64,000 nt of DNA from Pelomyxa schiedti (taxonomy: Eukaryota > Protista > Evosea): positions 14,026 through 78,025 of the forward strand of contig JAHLWZ010000199.1 in assembly GCA_020536535.1 (NCBI GenBank), read 5' to 3'. Positions 47,135 to 59,750 of this stretch are shown here, piece by piece. How positions within the stretch are numbered: position 1 is the stretch's first letter; the number at the start of each line of letters is the position of its first letter. The notes beneath the pieces were generated by a model that worked only from the letters and a program-made list of their open reading frames with translations, made no database searches and was not told the origin of the DNA. The position numbers were made by a program, and so were the translations under genes.

Positions 47135-50100
47135 TTACAAATTGTGAGCGTGGGCAACTATCTCCTCAAAGGCTGGTCTTGCTGTGGGGTCACCATTCCA
47201 GCACACCTCCATCAGTTGTATATATTTCACATAGGATTCTGTTGGTTGGTGGTTTGTTCAGAGGTTAATGTCATTGGGGCACGAGCGGAATGGAGAAGGA
47301 CACACGAGATGTGTTGTCTGGTATTGGCGGTCTTAGCCCTCTAATTATATCTGGAATCAGTTCGGCATCGGTCCGCTGCTCAAATGGGACTTTGCCGGTC
47401 ATAATTTCCCACCTAAATCAAAGAAACGAAAGGGTGTACAAACAGGTAAGCGATTGGTACCTGAATAGAATGCTCAGATACATTACTATTGCAAACGAAT
47501 AGGTGTCAGCTTTTTCGGTGTACATTGACTCGGCTAATACTTCTGGTGCGGCCCAACAAACTAAAAGAGAATCAGAAAAAGAGAAAAAAGCGGCTTCCAT
47601 TTACCGGTCCCACAAACTGTCATAGTTTTGTTTACACTTTTAAATCTACTGAGACCAAAATCGCAAATCTATTGGAAACAGAGGGTGTGACAAGTGAGTG
47701 GTAGAGGTTTTTTTTTACCTTGATATCCCATTTTTTGTTAACCTTTTTTGTTGTTAGGCTTGTATTTAGTTTCTTACTTCTCTGCTTGTTGCAGGGAAGA
47801 GCCTTCATACCAATACATTTGCGCATTTGAGGTCTCTATGGACAATAGCTGGTTTTCCTGTGTGAAGGAATAACATCCCTTGTGCAATAGAACCAATGCA
47901 AAGCTTAATTTGATTCCATGAGAGTTTTTCTCCTTTATCCAGTATGCCCTTTTATTTTATTAGATTTGTGAAACTGTTTGGTTTACAGTACCCTTAAACT
48001 GCCAAGTTCCATAAACTCAGTAATGATACACATATTTGGTGGTTTAATGCAAGCACCCATAAAGAGAATTATACTACTAGTGTAAGTTGCAGACAATAAA
48101 AGTAATGGGAAATACTTAGGGTGCCGCAATTCACTAAATGGGAAAAGTTACTACGGCCAGTGAAGTGGTAGAGACTAACCTCATTAAAGCGATTTCCTTT
48201 AGTTGGTTGTGCCTTTCACTTTCAGAGTCACCTTCCCGCTGATTTAGTAGGCATTTGACAGCAACAGTTTGTCCTCGCCACTTAGCATACCACACCTCTC
48301 CAAAGTTGCCCTTGCCAATAACATGCAACAACTCAATTTCACTCCATTCGACTTGCCATCCCGAGGATTCCCCTGGTATAACCGCACTCTGGGAACTCGT
48401 TTGGCAAAGAAAAGTGGAGTTATAAAATCCAGTTGAATCGAATTCTCTGCAGTTGAGACCAAGAGGGACAAACTATATTGATATAAGTGTAGTGGAGTAA
48501 GGGGGATAGAATAAAACTTGATAAAGTGTCTCGGAGTTAGAAAAACCCCGCAAATTGAATATTCCATAATTCCTGAAATCACCCAAGTCAGCAAGTTCCT
48601 TGTGCTGCTCTGATTTCTCTGCTTTACTCATTTCAAGACATATCTTTTGCATGTCTTCACTCAGAGTGATTTGTCCTCCCTTATGAGATGAGGATTGCAC
48701 AGGTAATAAAAATAATACCTGGGCACAGGAAGATATTCTGGAGGCTTTATTCACGGTAGGCCCGAAGTAATCCATTCTTTCTGAATCACAGTCAGGAGAA
48801 GGGGGATAAAAGACAAGCATACTTGACATTGGGTCCAAGTCGACATCTGGATGCCCATAGTGACATCCCATACGAACTTGTAATCCACAGAAGCCAAGTT
48901 TACCATCTAAAAACATTGAACAGAAGAAAGTTGGGGGTAGTTCCGTACCAATTAGTTGCGGGGCACACAACGGGTTTTCAAGTAAAGCTGCATCCCAAGG
49001 AGCTAATGGTGATTAGTTGAAGAAACCAAATGAAGTGAAAGAAAACCATTCAATAAGGCGATTTGCGCCTCCACACAAAAGCGAAGAGCTTTCAGTGGAT
49101 TTTTAAAGGTCAACATAAACGCATCGCCTTCAGTTTTAGCTTCATAACCATTGTTTTCTCTGTATATTTTTCTGATGATATTGTTGTGCAGTGCAAGTGC
49201 ACGCTTCCTGTGGAATTTGTTTTAAAACAAGGTAATTTCAAAGGGGAGCAACATTATATTAGCCTCCCATTCCCACAGGCTTGTTGAGCCCTTGATATCT
49301 AATACAAGTTTAAGTGAAGCAAACTTCTTTTCACACTTACCCGTAAAGACCAGAGCTACATTGCCGGTTGGTGCTTCAGCATTAGTGAAACTTTGTTCAA
49401 CTTCCTAAAAAGAAGTGAATGTCAGCTTGTAACTAATTATTAATTACAATGAATTGGTTGAGTTGCGAATCCAAGTTTTCCCATTCCTTTAAAATTTGGG
49501 CGAAGCTGGGTCTCATTCTTTTTGGTAAGGTAAGTCCCTGGAGATGAGGTGAAAGAATGATACTCTGGAAGAGAATTCCAGCATGCTTGCATAAGCTTCC
49601 CCACTGGTTCTACAACAGATGGTGGAATAGTCGGTCTGCCGAAAACAGTGAGTGGACATCCCAGGGTGGAAAAGGGTACCTTAAATTTTCAAGAGTCACT
49701 TTGTGTATCACTGTAAAAGGGTTTAAATTTTCATACAAGGGCTCTCGAGTGAAAATCTACAAAAAGTGTTACATTCTAAATTTATCAAATCAAGGAACAA
49801 CCTCCCATAACAATATACCATAGGAGTACACATCCGATTTGGTTGTGTAGGGTGCTTTGTTAAGCACCTCAGGGGCAGCCCACTGCACAGAACTTAGTAC
49901 TCTTTTTGAGCCAGCAACAAATATGGACATCCCGAAATCAGCAACCTAGAAGAAATAAAAAATTTCTAGAAAAGAGAGAAGTAAACTTACTTTACAGTTG
50001 AGTTTGTCATCAATCTGTTGTTTCAGTGTCAGCAACGAATGTTAATTTAGTGTGCAAACCAGTAGATTTCCAGGCTTTAGATCGCAGTGTATAATAACAG

Positions 50101-53033
50101 GATCAAATGTGTGCAAAAAGTTGACTCCTTTTGCCACATCCTTTGCAATGGCGAGCTTGTTTGTGAGGGAAAGGAATTTTCCCCTATCCATAAGAATATC
50201 TGCAAGGGAACCCTCTGACATGTACTCTGAGTATTGTAAGAGTTAAAGACACTAAGTAGGAAGAACAGAGGTACCAGTGACAATATACAAATAATCTTGA
50301 TCAACACCAAACGCCATAAACAGTACAACCTTAGGAAGTTAATCAAATGGAATAAAAATGACTATGCTGATACTTGGGGATGCCGTAGTAGTCTATACTT
50401 AGGTTAAACACCTTTTAAAACAAGTACAGTTTTACCGTAAGATTTCAACTTCCCGTTCAAACTCATCTAACTTGTGTTGCACAGCTTGAGCTTGTATTTG
50501 TTTTATGGCCACCTCTGTTCCACGCCACTCACCTCTAAAAAATATTATTTTTGTGTGGTATATAAGGAGCGTACTTATAGACTGCTCCAAACGATCCAAC
50601 ACCAATCTGTTTCGAGATCGTCAGTTCCTTTGGGTCAATTTTCCATGCATTGAGAGCTGTCTCCGACATTTCATGTATCTTCTTTAAAAGAGTTGGGAAT
50701 TGTCCAAGCAGCATAAAGGAATTGTACTCGGGAGTGCCGGATATATTTTACTCCAAGTAGAATTGTGACCATAAGAATAAGCATGGAAAAGAGGAAGAGT
50801 GCTACAGTCAAACCAATAGCTAAGTCTACAAACGCATTTAGGAAAAAGGAATGAACACTGGTAAACGCATACATGTGTTGTGCTTGCAAGCCACGGGGCC
50901 ACAAGGATAATGTTCATCGATGATTTTTTGTTCCAGATCAGCAGCAGTTACCAATGCTGTCAGAATATCACTGTAGCCAGAAGCCGCCTTACCTATCTCC
51001 TCCATATGGGGCGCCAGAAGATCAACATACTCAGGTAGCCTATTTTAATGAGGATAGCAGAAGGACAGGAGGGCAGAACCTCCAGAAATCTTTTGTGAAA
51101 GGAAATACCAAGCTATATATACTATTGTAGGGCTTGAGGCTTTGAAAAGAAGAACTCATGATAATATCCTAAAGACTTGAGTAATTTTTTTGGGGAATAC
51201 AATTGTGACCTTTCTTGTAGAAAAACCACCTCGTGAAGCCCACTCTTCTTGTACAGGCTTTGACAGAAGCCACGTGAATAGGTCCACTGCTGCTTCTAGG
51301 TTGGGAGACTTTGAATGGACACCAAGTCCCTATTTACCACCTGTGAGGACATGTTGACTCGTGGAAGAGATCCAACCTGTCCCCCAAGAGAAACGTCAAA
51401 GCCAATTGGAAGGGCAGCATAAGACAAATTAGATGAATGAAGGCAGGACAGGGAATCTAGGAAAGATGGTCCGAAGTTGATCTGTTTAGCAGTCAGGACA
51501 AACTTAATGCGACGACGAGAGACCCAAACAGTTCCCATCACTGCAGCACCACTACAAAGGAGCTGAAAAAGATTAAGATGGCCAAGAAAAAAAAGCAGTA
51601 CATACATCCACAACGTCGCCCAGCTGGGCAGATTCACATGGATAGCCAGTGACATTACAGGTAGACATCAATTTGCGCACATACAAAGTCGCATTAACGT
51701 TTTGGGGACTATCCAGAACACCCTTTATCTTGTAGGTACTTTCATCCCAGAGGTCCCCTGTTTTTTTTTTAAGGAAAAAAGAGGGGGGGATGGCGGGACA
51801 CAGACCACCAAATGCCCAGGATATTTGGTTCCAGTTACAAGCAAATTGATCATAACAAATTACTGCATCATGACACCATGCGGCAATGAAGCCAACTGGT
51901 GCCCCCCAAGAGGGATTTGTGTGAAACTGGTGAGCTAGAAAATATATTTCATCCCTAGGTGGTTCTTAAAATTCATTGAACTGTCTTGGTTTCTCACCAT
52001 GACTCTGGGACTGCAAACCCATGCTGTTCAAACAAATCTTTTCGATAAATCAAAGCACCACAATCTCCATTAAAGCCAAAGCCTGTTGCTTTTTAAAAGA
52101 AGGCAACTTACACATAAAGCTACTGTACCGTAATAACTGTTACTCTGAAATCGGGCATAATAATCCAATTTGTAATAATTTTCCTTTTCGGGTTCCACAA
52201 ATTCAGTTACCTGTGCGAGCACATGAGCATGCAACATGGGAAAGCGGGAACCAGTACATCCAAGATATAGCCATTAGTGACCACATCTCCTACCCACTGA
52301 CTATCATACAGTGCTAGGTCAGGCCCACCCCCAACAGCCCACCCATCAGACACGATACTTGAATACCACTAGTTGTTACGCCATCGTTACACCAAGTAAA
52401 AAAATAAAAGTAAATATAATGTTGCATACAGAGCCAACTGGGGGACATTCCTTCACAGTAATTAGAAATGAAGGGAAGGGGAACAAAAGAAGAGAAGAAG
52501 AAGAAGAAGAAGAAAAAAAAAAGATAGAGAGAACCATTGTAACAACTGCACCAGTATACAAGTCATCCAACATCTCCTGCAGGAGGTAGCAAGGTGCCCA
52601 ATCAAACCAAGTCATTGTCAATTGTGGAAGTGTTGCTGCCCCTGCACTCACATTACTCCTATTCCTGCTCTCCTCTGTCCTCCCATAATCCTGCTGTACC
52701 GTGCTCTTAGTCGTGGTGGTGGCCGTCGTCGTTGTCGTTTTCGTTGTACCCCCCGACCCACCATTGCCGTTTCCCACAATTCCCTCGTGGCGGGCGTCCC
52801 GCACGCGCCTTCCCAAACAACTTCGGGGCCACAGCGCGACCAGCACCACAACGACGACCACGACAACCAGCAACGCTGATAGTTGGCTGTGGAGATTTCG
52901 ACGACCACGGCCACCACAACCACCAAACCAAAGCGCACCCAGGCCAGCCGTTTTTGTTTCGTTATTGTTGGTTTCTTTTATTTTGTTTGTTCGGTCTGCC
53001 ACATTTGCTCCAGATGTTACTCGATTCCTGCAT
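47135..53033 (-). CDS. Receptor-type protein: signal/anchor, extracellular family-1 (sugar-type) solute-binding domain, TM helix, TKL kinase, class III adenylate cyclase, second TKL kinase; many exons, start uncertain
   Basis: SBP exons: TWFDWAP, PDLALYDSQWVG, NGDCGALIYRKDLF..PESWDE, SLGGQGLGV..EEWASRGG, TKDFW..PEYVDLL. TM: LAIGLTVALFLFSMLILMVTILLGV. Kinase 1: IGVGSFGAVY, VAIK, HCDLKPGN, DFG. Cyclase: FTDIKGST, KTEGDAFM, DYFGPTVNKASR. Kinase 2: GKGNFGEV, VAVK, HRDLKCAN, DFG, CWNGDPTARP. Confidence 0.8.
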
Positions 53034-53288
53034 ATGGTATGAGGAAACAACCAATTACACGGATGGGTTGGATCGTGCTGCTTCAGTTTGGTGGATGTTC
53101 GGTGTTTTAATTGGAAAAACGTCACCCCCAGGGCTGCAGTAACTGTTACTTCGTATAATTGCGAAGTTGAAAAAGAGAATGTTGTTGCTGTGGTCTGAAC
53201 TTAGGTAACTTTTAAAACCAAAGTACAGTGGGAAGGAATCGTCGTTTTGTTAGTACAAACCGCAGCCGTTATTGTGACTTCACCATTC

Positions 53289-54100
53289 TCAGGAGAGGGT
53301 ATAACCATCTGGGGTTGATGATCCCAGAGGTGACAGGGGAAGCTCCTCTGGTACAGTTTTCCAACCCCTGAGTTTGGTCCAGTAACCATCAACACAGCAG
53401 GTTATAAGTATCACAGTGGTGAGTGCAAGAATAAAAGCACAGAAGAATCCAATGCCAACCAGGGTCACCACAGTCATTCTGGATTCTTGGTCCCAGAAAT
53501 AAAGAATAATGTCAGAGTCTTCAGAGTCAACCCAGCAGTCCCAGGAATCGCCAGGAACCAAATCGGTATCCTCGATCTCACTGCTACACATGTAAGGGTA
53601 GTCACACCAATCCAGCGGAATTCCACAGGTTTGGTATTCAGTAGAACTTGTGTGACCATAAGTTGTGGTCACAGTCGTGGTGCCAGTCCCATTCAGGCCT
53701 TTGGGGGATGTGCAATTATCAACCTAGAGAACTGGTTGTAGGTGTAAAAATTAGTAGTAATAAAAAGAGCCTGACATATGCTGTTATATTACATGTGCAT
53801 TGGAAGTAACAACAAGGGTATGGATCAGAACACTCCTCGTCATTACAACATATAGTGCTCAGTTGATAAGAAATATTCCCCGAACTCACATAACAAGAGG
53901 TTCCGCACCTTTGTAAACGTTTCCAACAATACCCAGAGAGCAAATAGCAAAACAAAAACAAAAACGAAAAAAAAAAGTGACCTGTCAGTGCTTTCTGCCC
54001 ACATAGCTCCCCCATAGCAAACGAGTACAGTGCTTGTAATGAAAAAACCACACGCTCCCACAAACACAACAACTCTTATACCAGTCCACGGTACTGCCAT
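53289..54100 (-). CDS. Small two-TM protein with Cys-rich loop (paralogue of 60136-60799), multi-exon
   Basis: Hydrophobic VVVFVGACGFFITSTVLVCYGG and VVTLVGIGFFCAFILALTTVIL flank CCYFQCTC..CGIPLDWC..CSS..DSWDCWV. Confidence 0.6.
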
Positions 54101-54529
54101 CTGCTTCTCTAACCTCCAAAAACTTTTGTTTTTAAGAAAGGTTGACAGCTGAAAAAACACGCAACAACGGACTCACTGAGTTTGTTTTCCAAGGTGCCCA
54201 GCATTGGGGAATTAACCACGCGTGCCTGGATCTGCCCCATCTGTGACAATCCACAAGGTGCACGGAAAGTTCTGTAGCGTGCAGTGAACCTCAATTGGTG
54301 CGGTTGTGCAGATCAAATACCCCGAAAATAGGTGCAATGGGGTGATTGGCGTTCCCCAAACATTGGAGGCCGCACGCGGTCGGCTGCGAACCGCAACAAG
54401 CAGTTCCCTTTACAAGAAAAATAAATGTTCCAGCGGTTTTAAAGGTGGGAACACCTTTCAAGATAAAGCATAATTTAAATTAACAAACCGTCCACCGGGC
54501 GTTTGGTTCCTGCCTCTCTCTCCCACACC

Positions 54530-55894
54530 ATGAACAGGCTCGTTCTATTGTTGTTTGCCATGGTCGCCGTTGCATTGGCCCACAAGCCCAAACGCCAGCA
54601 GCAGGCCGATGACAACATCGACTGGGTGACCGCATACCAAGGCGAGGAGCTCTCGGACGCCTTCTCCGCAATCAGATACCTGGGCGACGGCATCGTGGTC
54701 GCCGGGAAGCGCTCCTCCACCGTCGGGAACCGCGTGTTCCGGTCCACCGAGTACGGCGTCCCAGGCAGCTGGTACAGCGTCGGCGAGATCACCGGGTACA
54801 CCGGCGCCCACACCTACTGGTTCGGCAGCCACGACGGCGTCGTCGTCAGCGGCACCGGGGACACCGGCAACACCTGCATCATCCGGTCCGCCGACTGGGG
54901 CGAGACCTGGGCCGTGGTGGTCGACTCGGCGGGCATCAAGACCCTGGCCGGCGGCGTCGACCCGCAGTCGGTGTACTCGCCCATCCACATGGGCAACGGC
55001 AGGTGGATATGCTGCCTCAGGAGCTCGCGGGCCGGCAAGCACATAATCGAGAGCCTCGACGACGGCGCCACGTGGCACCAGTTCGCGTCCACCGGCCTTA
55101 CCGCCGGCGCCAGGAAGATGGTCCTCACCAAAGACGGCTCCGTTCTGTACGGCGGCGCCTTCAACGACGTGGGCGAGACCACTGGCGTTTTCGTATCCAG
55201 CGACGGGGGCTCCACTTGGATCAAGAGGCTCGGCGGGGAGTCGATATTCTCGGGGCTGGACGACTGCGGCAACGGCATTTATCTGGCCGGAACCTACGCG
55301 CAGGGCAAGAGTGCTATTTCTACCGCTACAAGGGCCAGGACCAGCAACGTGGCTACGGTCACAACTAGGTCCGCTCACGGGCTTACAACGGGATCCACTG
55401 TTGCTATCTACACCATGGGAGACTCCTCATTTGATGTCAGGCCCAACACTACCGTAACGGTACTAAGCACTACAAGCTTCAGCTATCCATGCCCGGGTCC
55501 TAATGTAGCTACTACTACAGACACCAACGGAAGGGTTAACTTCCCAGTAAACCAGAAGATATTCAGGTCCACAGACTACGGCGATTCTTGGACTCAAGTG
55601 GCTACTACCACAGTGTATTCTTCTCTCACATACATCCGATCAATACAGTGCCTCTCTGGTGGTGTCGTCTACGCCTATGCCTGTGCTTCCGAGAACTCTT
55701 GGTCAGACCGCGGGCTGCAGTACTACAAGTCATATGACTATGGACTTACTTGGGAGTGGCTGCCAAATCAATACACCACCGGGTTGTACGGCCAGCTCAA
55801 CGCCATCTACGAGGTCTCTATCATTGAGAACAAGACCATTGTGGCAGCCACACAGCCGGACTCTGTAATTTTGGATGGCACAAACTTGATGTGA
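54530..55894 (+). CDS. Secreted, intronless Asp-box (BNR) beta-propeller protein with an inserted small beta-barrel; sialidase/endosialidase-like architecture
   Basis: Signal peptide MNRLVLLLFAMVAVALA. Six Asp-box-like motifs: STEYGVPGSW, SADWGETW, SLDDGATW, SSDGGSTW, STDYGDSW, SYDYGLTW. Insert RTSNVATVTTRSAHGLTTGSTV..TVLSTTSFSY. Confidence 0.75.
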   Translation: MNRLVLLLFAMVAVALAHKPKRQQQADDNIDWVTAYQGEELSDAFSAIRYLGDGIVVAGKRSSTVGNRVFRSTEYGVPGSWYSVGEITGYTGAHTYWFGSHDGVVVSGTGDTGNTCIIRSADWGETWAVVVDSAGIKTLAGGVDPQSVYSPIHMGNGRWICCLRSSRAGKHIIESLDDGATWHQFASTGLTAGARKMVLTKDGSVLYGGAFNDVGETTGVFVSSDGGSTWIKRLGGESIFSGLDDCGNGIYLAGTYAQGKSAISTATRARTSNVATVTTRSAHGLTTGSTVAIYTMGDSSFDVRPNTTVTVLSTTSFSYPCPGPNVATTTDTNGRVNFPVNQKIFRSTDYGDSWTQVATTTVYSSLTYIRSIQCLSGGVVYAYACASENSWSDRGLQYYKSYDYGLTWEWLPNQYTTGLYGQLNAIYEVSIIENKTIVAATQPDSVILDGTNLM

Positions 55895-55992
55895 ACCTAA
55901 ACAACAAGCAAAAAATTTTTTTGAATGAATTCGTGAATTCTTTTCTTTCTCGTAACGTCTGTTAAACCGACGAACTTTCCAAGTAGACTCTG

Positions 55993-58850
55993 ATGATAGG
56001 GTTGATTGTGTTATTGTCGTTACTTGTCAACACGGAAAAGTACGTGCGGGGGCTTCCATGACAATTGCACCAATACAATAAAGCGCCCGCAATGTAAAAA
56101 AAAACGTAGAGTGCAAGGCGATTTTCCAACTTCCTCCGTTGATGGGTACTCCGTTGGAAATTTTGGGGTGATGGCGGCAGTGTCGCCAGATGGTCAAATG
56201 TTCTCCAGGTGTTCAGTGCTTGAGTTTTTTTTTCCTCTTTGACATCTCACGCTTTAAAGTTTTCAAATCAACCCCTCAAAGTGGGGAGATTTTTTAACTG
56301 AAGTGGCACAGGGCTCTCTGTCTGTTGGCTTAAGTTCTGGCACCCTCGTCAGTGACTACGATTTAGAGAAAACTGAAAAGACCAGAGTGTGGCCAAAGTA
56401 CGAGGTACGGTGACTTGCTCGCTTCTTACCTCTCTAATTCGGCACCCACAACCTCGCAGGCAATTTCAACAGATAGCAGATTTCCTGATCTCACATGGCA
56501 CATATCCGCTTGGGCTCCAATTGCCATTCAGTCCCAAGCAGAAGACTTTGTCCCGTTCTTACCTACGGCAGTCATTGACCTTGACATAACGAATTCTGCA
56601 TTAGAAGCTAAAGATATTCGATTGGTGTACCAATTGGTTTCCTTAAAGCTGAGCGAATTGGAAAATTTTTTCATTGCTGTATGTACTTTGCTACCCTTCT
56701 TCTTTTCAATTCTTTTTCCAGACTGTTGGAATGTCAAATTCCTGTAAGGACTCTCTAGATGGGAAAGAACGCACAGTCGAGTGTTATTCTACTATTCCTC
56801 CAACGGCCTCTGTTTCTGTAAGCTTCATTATTGGGTACCATGAATTCACTGGCTACTACACTTCAGCTTTCCCAGGTATAACTTGGAAAGCATTCACTAT
56901 CATTTCATCCTAAATATCTCCAAGACAAAGAAAAAATGGCAGATTACCTTGTTTCCTCCTTATACAATTTACGGTGTGAGTGGACAGACTTCATCTCCTT
57001 GATACCATCCACTGGAAATACAACACTGGATGAGTATTTACATTGGTATCTGGAAGCCGGTGTTGTTCTTACAAAAGGAATATGGACAAAGGAAGTCATC
57101 ACAATGGGGTATGTCGAGTTAAATCAGAGAGATTCATTTTGGACCACTTGGATGCACTTAGTATTACTCTGTTTGAAAAGCCTATTGTAATGCTTGTATA
57201 GGTTTTTTGGCCTGATTTTGATGTTGCCATGATCCAGGAAACCATTGCAGCTCAACTGGATTCAGGAAAAATTCCGACCTGCATCTTACCATATATAAAC
57301 AGGGAAGATGACATTGGTGAGTACTTGGGGTTGGAATCTACAGTAAACACTTGTAGATATCACAGAATATTTCATCCTTCGGGTTTGGCGTCATTACTCA
57401 TGGTGGAATGACACTACGTTACTTTCTGAGAGCTACTCTGCAATGAAAAAAGCTGGTACTAGTAAAATTCTCAAGCTGCCAGAAGATGTAACCATTTATC
57501 TCAGTTGAGTACTTGGTGAGCCGCGACTTGATGAGTTCTGGCATTCCGGCACAGGCATCTTTCTGGGCTGATTGGAAAGATGTTTCACAGGTTTCTCTCC
57601 ATTTTGTCGTCTGTATTCACACAAGCAGGTATCTGGTCGGCTTTATGCACCACACTTTGAACTCTTATGGTTGACAACACTTGAAGTCATGTACAGTTCC
57701 GCTTGTATATTGGGAGACAGTGAGGGTGCAACACAGTACCTCTCCATGCTTCAGTCCTCCAAAGCTACAATCTTTTCTCCTATTGAAGATGGAGGGCTTT
57801 GGGACTCACAGTCTGGTATTTTCCGAGATGTCTGGTACCCGTCTGAAGTAAGCCTCTGACTTTAACCAAAACCAACAAACGCAAAGGGCTGGAATCAAAC
57901 CTACATGCTTATGGACCAAAGTGTTGGTGTTTTTCTTTATCAAGGAATGGAGATGGAAAAAAAGCTCTCTATTACGAATTACCTTCTCAACAGTGAGGGA
58001 AGTTACGGAGTCAGAGAAACTTATCCGTATGTCTATATTGCAACGTAGCTTTGCTGTTCACTTATATGTATAGATATATTCAAGGCTGGGGTGACCCTGG
58101 TGAGGGTAATTATCATGACGGTGGAATATGGTATGCTCAATGGTACTCAGCTTCACTGATTGATGAGCATTTTAGGCCTTGGCTTTCTTTTGTGGATATA
58201 ACAAACAACTTTCTTCTCGGCTCAAGTGATGTTGGGACACGCAGAATTGAGAAGCTTGGGTTATATGGACTTATACAACCGAGTGAGGTATGTTGGCTTT
58301 TCCTTTTAGATGGTTGACTTTCATTAGATCGGAACAACTCGCGTTCCTTTTGAATACTTGTTCGTTCCAATTTATTGTCCCTTGAATTGCCCTTATTATT
58401 GTAAGAAATGGAGATACAGGATTAGCTCGGGGAAATCATCCACAAGCGTGGGATGCAGCTGCATTTTTGGTGCCCTGGAAAGGAATCCAAGACGTTAGAC
58501 CAGTCTCCTTTTTATCTTATGAAATGCGGTATCTCCCACCAAGGGGGAAGGTTCCCTGACTATTTACAGAGTTCCGCCTTTCACATACACAGCGCACTCC
58601 TTCTCAGTTCTTTTACCTGTATTAATACCAAGCTCGAACCAAAAGCATATTCTTGTTGTGCAGATGGCTTGGGTATCCCATTCCAAACTTCAGGTTGTTG
58701 TACAACATCCAGAACCACAAATTATCTTGGAACTCACCCTCCTGGACTGTTATGGCCTTCCACACCACATAACAGTCACGCACACAGCCATGGTCCACGC
58801 ACCTCATTGCAATTAGGCAACTGTATTTACCATTTAGCTCTATGAGAAAA
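55993..58850 (+). CDS. Secreted six-hairpin glycoside hydrolase (GH116-like), multi-exon; 3' end uncertain, may extend to 59551
   Basis: Spliced signal peptide MIGLIVLLSLLVNTEKVQG. N-domain WPKYEA..ISAWAPI..LPTAVIDLDITN. (alpha/alpha)6-like IAAQLDSGKIP, EYFILRVWRHYSWWNDTTLLSESYSAMKKA, WADWKDV, APHFELLWL, HPQAWDAA. Confidence 0.55.
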
Positions 58851-59750
58851 AAAGAGTTGCAATAGCACTTGTGCTTCTACTTCCAAAAAAATCTTCCGCT
58901 TTCTTTGCTAGAGCATAACCACTAATGAAAGAAAAAGTTGAACATCACACAACCATCTGGGAATCCAGCATCAGGTATATCGAGCATACACTGCAACGAA
59001 ATTCTGCTGCGTCGCCACTTTCATGTGAGTGATCATGGTGGTGATGATATACAGCCAGCCAATTAGAGGCACCACATGCACAGACTACGCCGGATACTCC
59101 GTCCCTGTGCAATCTTATGTGAGGAAAGCAACGAGGGAGTAGGAAAGTAACCAGTCAATACTTTCTGGTATTATACTACCGCTACTATTGGCCGCGATTC
59201 CCGTTCCAGTATAGGTTAAGTCAAAATATCTTAGTGTGTTGTTATGTAAATAGTAGCTTTTTCTCTTACTCACGGGCTGCGTATAACCACAGACTTGACC
59301 AATTTGAAGGGCTCATTATGACCAAGAGATGCTGGAGTCAACAAAGGTTTAACAAAACAACCCAGACCGAGGCTGAAAGAACAGTATGGGAACATGTAGT
59401 AATTAAACCTCTTGCTCTTGTGCAGGTTGACACTCAAAACTGGAGCGTTGTTGATATAACAATGCTTGAAAAGGCTATAAAACACCCTTCTAGAGTCTGG
59501 AACATAGGTGGTGTTTACTGGGTGGTGTATTTAGATTTCGAAAAGATATGAAGAAAATACCTCTGCCAATGGAAATTGCCAAAGCTGAACGCGTGGTATA
59601 GAAATCCTCTCTTCCTGCACGTTAACGTGGTAACTTAGTCAAAAACCAAACAGAGAGTGCCAAAAAAAACCCCACACACTCTCTTTCCATTTCCTGCCTT
59701 CTGGGGCACTCACATGAGGCAATACCAATGGAAAAACCCAACCAAGATAT

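Noticed and set aside
54530-55300. High GC content as proof of horizontal transfer
   Set aside because: Native genes such as HSP70 show the same GC-rich 5' ends, so only phylogeny can decide.
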